A stretch of 29,124 bases of DNA. Origin: a virus (taxonomy: Duplodnaviria; Caudoviricetes). How positions within the stretch are numbered: the first letter of the stretch is position 1; the number at the start of each line of letters is the position of its first letter. Shown here in pieces: positions 1 to 7,368 of this stretch. Location: IMG/VR virus record IMGVR_UViG_3300003375_000101, positions 1-29,124 of that record; one strand, given 5' to 3'. The notes under the pieces are model-generated. The model had not been told where the DNA came from. It was given only the letters and a program-made list of their open reading frames with translations, and did not search any database. The position numbers and the translations under genes were made by a program.

Positions 1-182
1 ATACCATCTTCCTGTGATTCTGCCCACAATTCGTTTACTACATCATCTGTTAGTGTCTTTGCTGGATGGGTGTAGAGTGGAATCCATGTGCCTTCAAGAT
101 GCTCAATCACCTGTAAATTAATTAACTTTGGCTTGCGGTCTTCCAACCCTAGCAACATCCACGCTACTGGTTCATTGTTCAT
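1..182 (-). CDS. hypothetical phage protein, 3' end outside the window (MNNEPVAWMLLGLEDRKPKL...WIPLYTHPAKTLTDD)
   Basis: Translated manually. ATG at 182-180 overlaps the end of the upstream ORF and the frame is open to the window edge. EPVAW...PLYTHP..LTD is a recurrent small-phage-protein signature. Confidence 0.75.
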   Translation of the reverse strand, partial: MNNEPVAWMLLGLEDRKPKLINLQVIEHLEGTWIPLYTHPAKTLTDDVVNELWAESQEDG

Positions 183-372
183 CTTCTTCTCCGCTTCCTT
201 GTAGCATCTTTTCTGCCAGTGTTTCCAATCTGTTACGATGCCGTTTCAACGCTTCTATTTCGGCTTGTTGCTGGCGTAGCATGGTGGCGGCTTCATCAAT
301 ATATTTTTGTTCTGACATAAACATGGCCTCTACATTATTGTCCATGTAATCAGCTAGTTCATTTGCGTTCAT
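172..372 (-). CDS. hypothetical protein (MNANELAD...RQQQAEIEALK family)
   Basis: ORF track. GAGGT RBS upstream, overlaps neighbouring genes, and is a paralog of 565-783. Confidence 0.8.
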   Translation of the reverse strand: MNANELADYMDNNVEAMFMSEQKYIDEAATMLRQQQAEIEALKRHRNRLETLAEKMLQGSGEEDEQ

Positions 373-734
373 TATTTACCTCATCAATTTTAGCTTGGTA
401 ACTGCTTGTTCCTGACCACTCATCATCAATGTACGAAATACACAACGCTTTTAATCGTTCTATTTCATCTACTTGTTGGTCAATCAATTCCTTAACTTTT
501 GGTAGCATTGTATGCACCATTGCTAATTGTGTGACTATTCCAGCGTTTGCTAATCCGTTTGCTTTCATTTCTCTTGTGCCTTTCCGATTGGCTTAGTAGT
601 TTCGTGGTATGTAGTTCCTCCATCCCATTTTGTAGTGATGCCGTACTTTGCTTCAACTTCTTGCGTAAAGTCAGATAACCTTTGTAATGCTGCTTCTTTT
701 TTCAACGCCTCTATTTCAGCTTGTTGCTGGCGTA
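244..734. repeat. 35-bp direct repeat, 244-278 vs 700-734 (33/35 identical)
   Basis: tttcaacgc(t/c)tctatttc(g/a)gcttgttgctggcgta. Both differences are synonymous in the minus-strand ORFs. Confidence 0.9.
359..568 (-). CDS. hypothetical protein
   Basis: ORF track. ATGA overlap with the upstream gene. QQVDEIERLK resembles the motif in its neighbours. Confidence 0.75.
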   Translation of the reverse strand: MKANGLANAGIVTQLAMVHTMLPKVKELIDQQVDEIERLKALCISYIDDEWSGTSSYQAKIDEVNNERK

Positions 735-783
735 TAAACGATGCGGCTTTTTCTAGTTCGTGTGCAAACTCTTTAGCGTTCAT
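565..783 (-). CDS. hypothetical protein (RQQQAEIEALK family)
   Basis: ORF track. ATGA coupling. Shares a 35-bp segment with 172-372. Confidence 0.8.
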   Translation of the reverse strand: MNAKEFAHELEKAASFIRQQQAEIEALKKEAALQRLSDFTQEVEAKYGITTKWDGGTTYHETTKPIGKAQEK

Positions 784-1061
784 TTCTTTGCCTTTTTCTC
801 CACAGGCTTGGCTTTGGCTGGTCTAGTACGCTTAATAGCAACTTGGCTACTTTCCTCGGGTCTAACTCGGTATTCATCAACTGCTGCGGTAAGCAAAGCA
901 ATAAGACCCCACTGGACAAGGGTTTCAAGTCCTTGTTTATTAAACGTAACTTTAGCGTCGGCTGATCCATCTTCATTTTCCTTAATAATTTCTACTCTAA
1001 TACCAAGTGTGTCTTCGGTCGTTATTTTCTTTTTTGGTGCTAGTTTTGGTTTAATTGCCAT
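780..1061 (-). CDS. hypothetical protein with Lys-rich termini
   Basis: ORF track. AGGAG RBS upstream. IIKENEDGSAD motif. Confidence 0.8.
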   Translation of the reverse strand: MAIKPKLAPKKKITTEDTLGIRVEIIKENEDGSADAKVTFNKQGLETLVQWGLIALLTAAVDEYRVRPEESSQVAIKRTRPAKAKPVEKKAKK

Positions 1062-1230
1062 TTTCTACTCTCCTTAATTTTTTACATATATCTTGAACAT
1101 CTTTAGGGTCTTGTTTAGTTACTTCATGACATGCATATACTTTAGATTCATCTCGCCCATAAAAACAAGCCAAGTAAATAACCAGCCCAATTAATGTAGC
1201 TACAAATAATAGTTCAATAAACTTTTTCAC
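1051..1230 (-). CDS. small membrane-anchored protein, 59 aa (MKKFIELLFVATLIGLVIYLACFYG...YAC...DICKK)
   Basis: Translated manually. GTG start overlaps the upstream TGA. N-terminal hydrophobic helix and two C-terminal-domain Cys. Confidence 0.7.
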   Translation of the reverse strand: MKKFIELLFVATLIGLVIYLACFYGRDESKVYACHEVTKQDPKDVQDICKKLRRVENGN

Positions 1231-1388
1231 ATCAATGCTTCTTCAAATTGAGATAGATCAACAGTTTTGCGTTTTACTTGTACGCGCACAAAAGACCATT
1301 CATGCCTACAGCTCACAACCAATTTAGCTTCCTCGTGTCTGCGGACGATGCGCATAAGTTCGCCCATCTCATCATAGATGTAGTACAT
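1227..1388 (-). CDS. hypothetical protein, 53 aa (MYYIYDEMGELMRIVRRHEEAK...FEEALM)
   Basis: Translated manually. TGATG coupling upstream, GTGA coupling downstream. Confidence 0.7.
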   Translation of the reverse strand: MYYIYDEMGELMRIVRRHEEAKLVVSCRHEWSFVRVQVKRKTVDLSQFEEALM

Positions 1389-1483
1389 CAGTATTCTCGC
1401 AATATCCGCTTAGCAATTAAACGCAACACTAAGAACACAATTACTGCGATCAAGAAAACTACTTTAATTTCTTCAAACATCAT
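1388..1483 (-). CDS. 31-aa single-TM peptide (MMFEEIKVVFLIAVIVFLVLRLIAKRILREY)
   Basis: Translated manually. AAAGGA RBS, and the stop overlaps the next start. Confidence 0.6.
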   Translation of the reverse strand: MMFEEIKVVFLIAVIVFLVLRLIAKRILREY

Positions 1484-1556
1484 AATGTGATATCCTTTGT
1501 TTATATTTATTTGTCTATTGTAAGCAAATTATAAACCTATTGCATAGGGACTTACC

Positions 1557-1907
1557 CTGATAACACTAAACCTTCCATATCCTCCCAGTGTAAATGCATA
1601 CTGGATGGCCTCTGGTCATCGAAGGTACATTTCTAAGCGGGGGATGGACTTTAAGCGAGCAGTTGCACAAGCCTGTATAGGCTTGCAAAGCTTTGGGGAT
1701 CAGCCAGTGGAGCTGTCCATAATCTTACATCCACGAGACAAGAGGCTAATGGATATAGACAATTGCGGTAAAGCGATATGCGATTCATTGCAAGGGTATC
1801 TGTACGAGGATGATCAGCAAGTCTGGAAGCTGACTATTGAACGCGCCGAAAAGATTAAAGGCGGAGGATGTGTAGTGACCGTCAAGGAATATCGTAAGCA
1901 TGACTAA
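1557..1907 (+). CDS. rusA: RusA-family Holliday junction resolvase (probable CTG start at 1557)
   Basis: LPYPPSVNAYW N-terminal motif lies in frame upstream of the ATG at 1605. Catalytic D-x-D-N-x-x-K...D and DDQQV motifs present. Confidence 0.9.
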   Translation: MITLNLPYPPSVNAYWMASGHRRYISKRGMDFKRAVAQACIGLQSFGDQPVELSIILHPRDKRLMDIDNCGKAICDSLQGYLYEDDQQVWKLTIERAEKIKGGGCVVTVKEYRKHD

Positions 1908-2551
1908 CTTTAGCAAAGTCAATTCATCACTTAAGTCATGAATATCGTTTACCTGGTGCGTGATGCACTTTCATGCGGCATGAATGCATGAATTAGTACC
2001 TTTAGGTATAAAATTTTATACATATTGATACTCAAAAGTATAAATTTATTGAAATTTCATGCACATTGACAACTGTCATACATAGGGTTTACCCTAATGC
2101 ATCATTAACTTGTTAACCATATGTATAGGTGTTTACCCTAATATGTATATCCATACAGTTCCATAGTGATCTATACTTATCAACGATAAGTTCCCTTGCA
2201 GCGGGTGTTTATCCTTTCATGTGATTTTCCTCTTTGGGGTGGCTATAGACGCTACCCCATTTTTTTCGTTAACTGGCTAGCGAAAATTTCCCGAACGGGA
2301 ATAAATGGTCAAAATGTTTCTTAAAATGTACAAAACTTACCGAACGGGAAAGTTTGTAGGGAAAAGTAATGACTCATAGATGAGTCCGTATAGGGGTTAA
2401 AACCTTATTTATGAGTCAATAAAACTGCGTATAGACCCCACAACATATATAAAATGTCAACAAATCTGCACATATCTCAATAATATGTATACAAAACTGC
2501 AAATACTAGACAAACAAAAAACTGTCTAGTAACAATTATTGCACTGCAACA
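1907..2551. promoter_or_regulatory. non-coding array of ~20 mostly distinct short-spacer palindromes (operator-like dyads)
   Basis: Examples: TTCATGC-G-GCATGAA 1970-1984, GTATAAAATTTTATAC 2006-2021, TAGGG-TTTA-CCCTA 2083-2096, ACTTATC-AAC-GATAAGT 2175-2191, TTCCCG-AA-CGGGAA 2288-2301, GACTCAT-AG-ATGAGTC 2371-2386. No ORF of 60 aa or more in any frame. The function is inferred. Confidence 0.7.
2235..2266 (+). terminator. rho-independent terminator
   Basis: TGGGGTGGC-TATAGAC-GCTACCCCA stem followed by T7. Confidence 0.75.
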
Positions 2552-2567
2552 AATTGTGTAATATACT
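2539..2567 (+). promoter_or_regulatory. sigma70-like promoter overlapped by a PhaR-like TGC box
   Basis: TTGCAC (2539-2544), 17-bp spacer, TATACT (2562-2567). TGCACTGCAACA at 2540-2551 covers the -35 element. Confidence 0.65.
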
Positions 2568-2599
2568 ACACATATTCAACAACTAAATAGGAGAGTGTT

Positions 2600-2728
2600 A
2601 TGTTTGACCTTACTAAACCATTAGAATTAAATAAGACTTATCAGCAAATTGAAAGCTACATCAAGCAAGCCCGCGATTTCTGGATTGATATCGCTATTGA
2701 TACAATTAAGATGTACAAAGCAAAATAA
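2600..2728 (+). CDS. 42-aa amphipathic helical protein, possibly phasin-like (MFDLTKPLELNKTYQQIESYIKQARDFWIDIAIDTIKMYKAK)
   Basis: Translated manually. Strong AGGAGAG RBS and its own promoter. The product call is inferred from the upstream box. Confidence 0.65.
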   Translation: MFDLTKPLELNKTYQQIESYIKQARDFWIDIAIDTIKMYKAK

Positions 2729-2749
2729 TGTGATACACTTGTCGTGCAG

Positions 2750-2897
2750 TGATGAACTTGGAAGGTTTATCAATGTTACAATGACCGCCAAAGCCTCATA
2801 CACATGGGGTCTACACATAGTTTTCTTATGCTTGGTCGGTCGGTCACAAACATAAGCGAATCTTCCAAATCGTAGACTCCAGTTGTATGGGGCTTTT
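2750..2897 (+). ncRNA. C4-like antisense RNA (2790-2896) with upstream a1/b1-like target elements
   Basis: Long closing stem 2790-2814/2872-2896 with G-U wobbles. Inner hairpin CTTATG/CATAAG. CTTCCAA (2862-2868) is complementary to the hairpin loop TTGGAAG (2758-2764), and CGGTCA (2841-2846) is complementary to TGACCG (2782-2787). Confidence 0.65.
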
Positions 2898-2905
2898 TCA
2901 TTTCT

Positions 2906-3095
2906 GCGGTATAGACTGGCGGCTCTGACGACATCGTAGCGGTCTATATACAAGCGTTACTAGCAGGGTGAGGATGTAATAGCGCAAGACAGGTGGCGAA
3001 GCTAGTGCCTGTTCCTCAAACGACTGGCGGGTGCTGTGGCTCCAATACGGGTAGCAGTTTAAGGCGCATCTAGGTAGGCTAGGTGCGTCCACCAA
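2906..3095 (+). ncRNA. putative multi-stem structured RNA of unknown class
   Basis: Stems TATAGACTG/CGGTCTATA, TGAGGA/TCCTCA, ACAGGT/GCCTGT, TGCTG/TAGCA and GGCGCATCTAG/CTAGGTGCGTC. The mismatches read as G-U pairs on the + strand. GC-richer than the flanks. Confidence 0.55.
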
Positions 3096-3156
3096 ACGGG
3101 TAACTATGATACTTAAGGAGATACTTAAGTATAAGGCGCACAAAAAGGAGAAAAAG

Positions 3157-3354
3157 ATGGACGACCTGGCACTGTTGCGTGAAGAAATAAAAACGCAATC
3201 AGGGAAAGTACCGATGGCAGTTTTACAAGGATCTGTTCAAATGGTTATTAGATGGAAGGATAGAGCGGTACATTCAGTACGTGTCGCGAATAACCCAACA
3301 TCATCAAAACGAGAGCTAGAAATAGCCTTAAAAGAAATCAAGAGGACAACATGA
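3157..3354 (+). CDS. hypothetical protein (MDDLALLREE...)
   Basis: AGGAG RBS before the ATG at 3157, preferred over 3106. ATGA overlap with the next gene. Confidence 0.75.
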   Translation: MDDLALLREEIKTQSGKVPMAVLQGSVQMVIRWKDRAVHSVRVANNPTSSKRELEIALKEIKRTT

Positions 3355-4160
3355 AGTTACTAGATATTAAGCTTGACACAGAGCTGCAATCCCGTGTCGA
3401 AATAAGCGATGAGGCTATCAATGATTATTCCGAGGCACTCAGAGAAGGAGCAAAATTCCCTCCCGTTACGGTATTCTACGATGGATCTAGCTATTTTCTC
3501 GCAGATGGATGGCACAGATACTATGCTCATAAGAAGGCTGGCTTAGCACTTATTGAAGCCACAGTCATTAACGGGACGTTCCGTGATGCAAAGCTATTCT
3601 CATTCGGAGCAAATGACACCAACGGACTACGCAAAACCAACGCTGATAAACGCAAGGCAGTATTAGCAATGTTAGATGACATGGAGTGGGCTGAACGTAA
3701 CGACAATGAGATCGCTAAAGAATGCCGCGTATCCATTATGACGGTTGGTCGTATCCGTAAACAACTTGGAGTTGTGCCGGAAGAGATCAAGTATGTAAAG
3801 AATGGCAAAGAATTCACGATGAAACGTCCTGAGTTTAAACCTTTGGAAAAAGTAGAATCAAAATTGGAGTATCAGTTTGATGAGAAGGAAGAGAAGATCC
3901 ACGAGCTTGCAACGGAGATCCAGTCCATTGCAGAAGAGAACGAAGTCCTTAAAGCACGAGTTGCAGTGGCTTCGATGGAAGCTACAGACGACGAGAAACG
4001 TTCTGCTGAAATCCTCATTGAGGGACTTCAAGCTAAAGTTAAGGCTCAAGAGGCAGAGATCCGCGCCCTTAAGTCTTCAAGAGATAGCTATCAAACAAAA
4101 TGCGCTGAGATGATGAAGCAGTTGTCATGGTACAAAAAGCAGAATAAACAAGCCGCTTGA
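3351..4160 (+). CDS. ParB/sulfiredoxin-like N-terminal domain protein with HTH and C-terminal coiled coil
   Basis: FPPVTV...YFLADGWHRYYA motif. HTH-like NEIAKECRVSIMTVGRIRK. Heptad-rich C-terminus. Confidence 0.85.
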   Translation: MKLLDIKLDTELQSRVEISDEAINDYSEALREGAKFPPVTVFYDGSSYFLADGWHRYYAHKKAGLALIEATVINGTFRDAKLFSFGANDTNGLRKTNADKRKAVLAMLDDMEWAERNDNEIAKECRVSIMTVGRIRKQLGVVPEEIKYVKNGKEFTMKRPEFKPLEKVESKLEYQFDEKEEKIHELATEIQSIAEENEVLKARVAVASMEATDDEKRSAEILIEGLQAKVKAQEAEIRALKSSRDSYQTKCAEMMKQLSWYKKQNKQAA

Positions 4161-4161
4161 A

Positions 4162-4311
4162 GTGCTTAGTGAAAACGATATTAGGGATATTTGGTATGGT
4201 GTTTTACGCCGTCGTAAGCCAATATCTGCATTAGACATAGAATTTGCTTTAGCAATAGTTGCATTAGTTTTACGGGGGAAAGTACATAGTCGGCTCGGCG
4301 ACTTTAAATAG
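4162..4311 (+). CDS. hypothetical protein, 49 aa (MLSENDIRDIW...DIEFALAI)
   Basis: Translated manually. GTG 1 nt after the upstream stop, filling the operon gap. Confidence 0.45.
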   Translation: MLSENDIRDIWYGVLRRRKPISALDIEFALAIVALVLRGKVHSRLGDFK

Positions 4312-4373
4312 CCTGTACCTTTAGGAGATTGCTTCACATAAGCAGTATGAGTACCCCACCCATTTAACCCGAA

Positions 4374-4390
4374 GCCAGGCGGTTCCTGGC
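4374..4390 (+). promoter_or_regulatory. GC hairpin just before the helicase RBS
   Basis: GCCAGG-CGGTT-CCTGGC followed by TAGGAG and the GTG start. Confidence 0.4.
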
Positions 4391-4405
4391 AGATTAGGAG
4401 TCAAA

Positions 4406-5896
4406 GTGTCACTTGAATTGAGGCCGCATCAAGCTGAAGTAATTACTAAAATTAACGAAGGCTTTGCACAGGGTCATACCCGTCAGATTCTTAGCGCGGT
4501 AACTGGGTTCGGTAAAACCGAATGCGCTATGGCAATCATGCAGGAAGCTGCAAAAGAATATAAAAAAGTAGCAATGGTTCTAGACCGTATCGTGTTGGTA
4601 GATCAAACCAGCCAGCGTTTATCTAAGTATGGAATAGAACATGGGGTTATGCAATCTACTCACTGGAGATATCGTCCATATGAGAGTATTCAAATCTGCT
4701 CCATTCAAACATTAGCAAGACGTAAGTTTCCAGACATCGACCTCATGATTATTGATGAAGCTCATGTGATGTATAAATCTACTGTTGATTTCATTAAAGC
4801 TAATCCACAGATCAAAGTCATTGGATTGACCGCTACGCCATTTACTAAGGGTTTAGGGGATATCTATACCAACATCATCGGCGCACAGCCTATGAACGAT
4901 CTAGTGGATGATGGATGGGTTGTACCGCTAAAGGTCTTTATCGCCAAAGAAATTGACATGAACGGCGTTAAGAAGATTGCTGGCGAGTGGTCTCAGAGGG
5001 ATGCTACACAGCGCGGTATTCAAATCACCGGAGATATCGTTGCGGAATGGGTGCAAAAGACTCATGAGATCTATGGAGAACCACGTAAGACAATCGTATT
5101 TTGTGCTGGTGTAGAGCATGGCAGAGAGTTAGTTAAACAGTTTGCTGATGCTGGTTATAACTTTGTATCAATATCTTATAAGGAAGATGATGATTTCAAA
5201 AGAGAAACTATTGAGGATTTTGCTAGACCTGATACTACTATTCACGGTCTTATTGCCACTGACATTCTTACTCGTGGCTTTGATGTTTCCGATGTTCATA
5301 TTGGTATCTCTGCTAGACCGTTTAGTAAGTCCTTTTCTAGCCATGTTCAGCAAATCGGAAGGATCGTAAGACCACACGAGGGTAAAAAATATGCAGTATT
5401 GCTAGATCACTCAGGTAACTTCTTAAGATTCCGTAATGACTGGGATTCCCTATACCATGACGGAGTTACAGAGTTAAAAGCTGCTGGGGAAACCGCTAAG
5501 CGCGAACTATCTGAGCGGGAAAAGAAAGAAGCCAAGTGTCCCAAGTGTAGTGCCTTATGGACTTCGCAGACAAATACATGCCAATCCTGCGGACATGTTC
5601 GGCAAGTTCTTTCTCAGATTATAAGCATAGCTGGCACATTAGAAGAGCTAGATGCAGCAAATAAAAAGCTTGCTATTTCTAATAAAGACTTCTATGCGGA
5701 GTTGAAATACTACGGAAAACTCAAGGGATACAAGGATGGATGGGCTTATTACAAGTATCAAGAGAAGTTTGGAGTAGAGCCTAAAGGTATCAATGTAGAT
5801 CCTAAGCCCGTTACGCCTAAAACTATGGGTTGGATTAAGAGCCGTATGATTGCTTATTCAAAATCTAAAACTACACAACAAAGGATGGCGGCATGA
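4406..5896 (+). CDS. superfamily 2 DEAH-box DNA helicase with Zn finger (RadD/YejH-like)
   Basis: TGFGKT, IIDEAH, GLTATP, LTRGFD and QQIGRIVR motifs. CPKC...CQSC zinc finger. Confidence 0.93.
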   Translation: MSLELRPHQAEVITKINEGFAQGHTRQILSAVTGFGKTECAMAIMQEAAKEYKKVAMVLDRIVLVDQTSQRLSKYGIEHGVMQSTHWRYRPYESIQICSIQTLARRKFPDIDLMIIDEAHVMYKSTVDFIKANPQIKVIGLTATPFTKGLGDIYTNIIGAQPMNDLVDDGWVVPLKVFIAKEIDMNGVKKIAGEWSQRDATQRGIQITGDIVAEWVQKTHEIYGEPRKTIVFCAGVEHGRELVKQFADAGYNFVSISYKEDDDFKRETIEDFARPDTTIHGLIATDILTRGFDVSDVHIGISARPFSKSFSSHVQQIGRIVRPHEGKKYAVLLDHSGNFLRFRNDWDSLYHDGVTELKAAGETAKRELSEREKKEAKCPKCSALWTSQTNTCQSCGHVRQVLSQIISIAGTLEELDAANKKLAISNKDFYAELKYYGKLKGYKDGWAYYKYQEKFGVEPKGINVDPKPVTPKTMGWIKSRMIAYSKSKTTQQRMAA

Positions 5897-6087
5897 GAGA
5901 TGGAGGAAAAGGGGATCTTAAACGCCCATTAAGCGTACCAAATGAGCAGTTTGAAAATAACTGGGAAAAGATATTTGGTAGTGGAAAACAGTTAAACAGA
6001 CCAAAGACTATCTATGATGTAGCGCCTAAGCAAGAAGGTGTCTACTGGACAGATGATCCTGATGCATCCATTGAGGAATGCAAATGA
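5893..6087 (+). CDS. hypothetical protein (DGGKG..RP motif)
   Basis: ORF track. Overlaps both neighbours. Confidence 0.7.
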   Translation: MRDGGKGDLKRPLSVPNEQFENNWEKIFGSGKQLNRPKTIYDVAPKQEGVYWTDDPDASIEECK

Positions 6088-6869
6088 CCTTCACATCTTT
6101 TGCTGAGCAACACGGGTTAATCATCCGTGATCTAATCCATGACCGCTGGACTCGCGTTCCTACTGTGGATCATCCGCATAAAAAGAATGGTGCTTACATC
6201 TATGATGGAGCATCGGGTGCTGTTCAGAACTGGGCTATCCATGAGAAACCAGTATCCTTTCGTTCTAAGACATATACTCCTGATCCTAATTGGCAAGCTA
6301 AACGTGCTAAAGCTGAGCAGTTACGTGCTAATCGTCAGAATGAAGCTATTAAACGGGGTGCATATATTCTAGATAATTCCAGGAAGGCTAGTCATCCTTA
6401 TCTAGTTAAGAAGGGTTTTACTGAGGGTAAACAATGGGTATGGAATGATCTACTGGTAATCCCTATGCGTATAGATGGCAAGCTAGTTGGTTGCCAGTTG
6501 ATATCCCAAGATGGGACTAAGAAGTTTCTATCCGGTCAAACGACTAAGGGCGCGGAGACAATCATCGACGCCAAAGGTAGGCACATACTATGCGAGGGCT
6601 ATGCCACAGCATTGTCTCTCAGGCGCGCTATAAAGACTGCTGGCAAGAGATATACCATCCATGTATGCTTCTCTGCTGGCAATATGGTAGAAATAGCTAA
6701 AAAATATGACAACTGTTTAGTCGTTGCTGATAACGATCCAACGGGAATTAAAGCAGCAAAGCAAACTGGCAAGCAATATTGGGTATCTCCAGTAGAGGGA
6801 GAGGATGCAAACGACTTTGAGTTACGATGTGGATCTGTATTATTAGGAGAATCTCTACTCAAACTCTAG
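6078..6869 (+). CDS. Toprim-domain DNA primase-like protein
   Basis: HPYL.KKG, CEGYATALS and VADND Toprim motifs, terminal DAND. Adjacent to the helicase. Confidence 0.9.
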   Translation: MQMTFTSFAEQHGLIIRDLIHDRWTRVPTVDHPHKKNGAYIYDGASGAVQNWAIHEKPVSFRSKTYTPDPNWQAKRAKAEQLRANRQNEAIKRGAYILDNSRKASHPYLVKKGFTEGKQWVWNDLLVIPMRIDGKLVGCQLISQDGTKKFLSGQTTKGAETIIDAKGRHILCEGYATALSLRRAIKTAGKRYTIHVCFSAGNMVEIAKKYDNCLVVADNDPTGIKAAKQTGKQYWVSPVEGEDANDFELRCGSVLLGESLLKL

Positions 6870-7335
6870 AAAAATCTCCATGATGCTGTTTTCTAAATTT
6901 GGAAACAGCATCAGCTGCTTCTTCTATATTATCAAAACGTCCAAGAACATGTTGTTTGTAATCAACTGTGCAATAGGCAACCCATTTTTTCGTTGTTAAT
7001 TCCCAGCACACTCCTTTAACTCCGCTTTTATTTCTTGATCCGATACGCCTATTTCTACAGTTTTCTTTAAGAGTTGCTTCACGCAAGTTTTCTATTTTAT
7101 TGTTCGTTCTGTTGCAATCAATATGATCTAAGTATTTTGGTAAGAATCCGTGATGCATCATGAATATAATTCTATGCACAAAATAGTGCTTGTAGTTAAT
7201 TTTTACTCTTTTATATCCTTTTGTATCAAAAGATAAACATTCTTGTCCATTTGACTTTTTGTATAAAAGTCCATCACGATACTCAAAAAGTTCATGCAAC
7301 TTTTCTTTTGTTATGAGAGAATCTTTGTCAGCCAC
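6859..7335 (-). CDS. HNH homing endonuclease with C-terminal AP2-like DNA-binding domain
   Basis: HRII...LDHIDCNRTNNKIENLR (HNH) and SGVKGVCW...KKWVA...LGRF (AP2). Confidence 0.92.
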   Translation of the reverse strand: MADKDSLITKEKLHELFEYRDGLLYKKSNGQECLSFDTKGYKRVKINYKHYFVHRIIFMMHHGFLPKYLDHIDCNRTNNKIENLREATLKENCRNRRIGSRNKSGVKGVCWELTTKKWVAYCTVDYKQHVLGRFDNIEEAADAVSKFRKQHHGDFSRV

Positions 7336-7368
7336 GATAACTCCTATAAGTTTGACTGGTTAGAAAGT

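Noticed and set aside
1907-2551. CRISPR array or iteron repeats
   Set aside because: No constant repeat with regular spacers; the dyads mostly differ from one another.
2750-3095. tRNA or tmRNA
   Set aside because: No GTTCRA T-loop or tRNA arm spacing found.
2627-3143. ORFs 2627-2953(-), 2649-2855(+) and 2898-3143(-)
   Set aside because: No RBS and atypical composition. They overlap a better-supported micro-ORF and structured RNAs.
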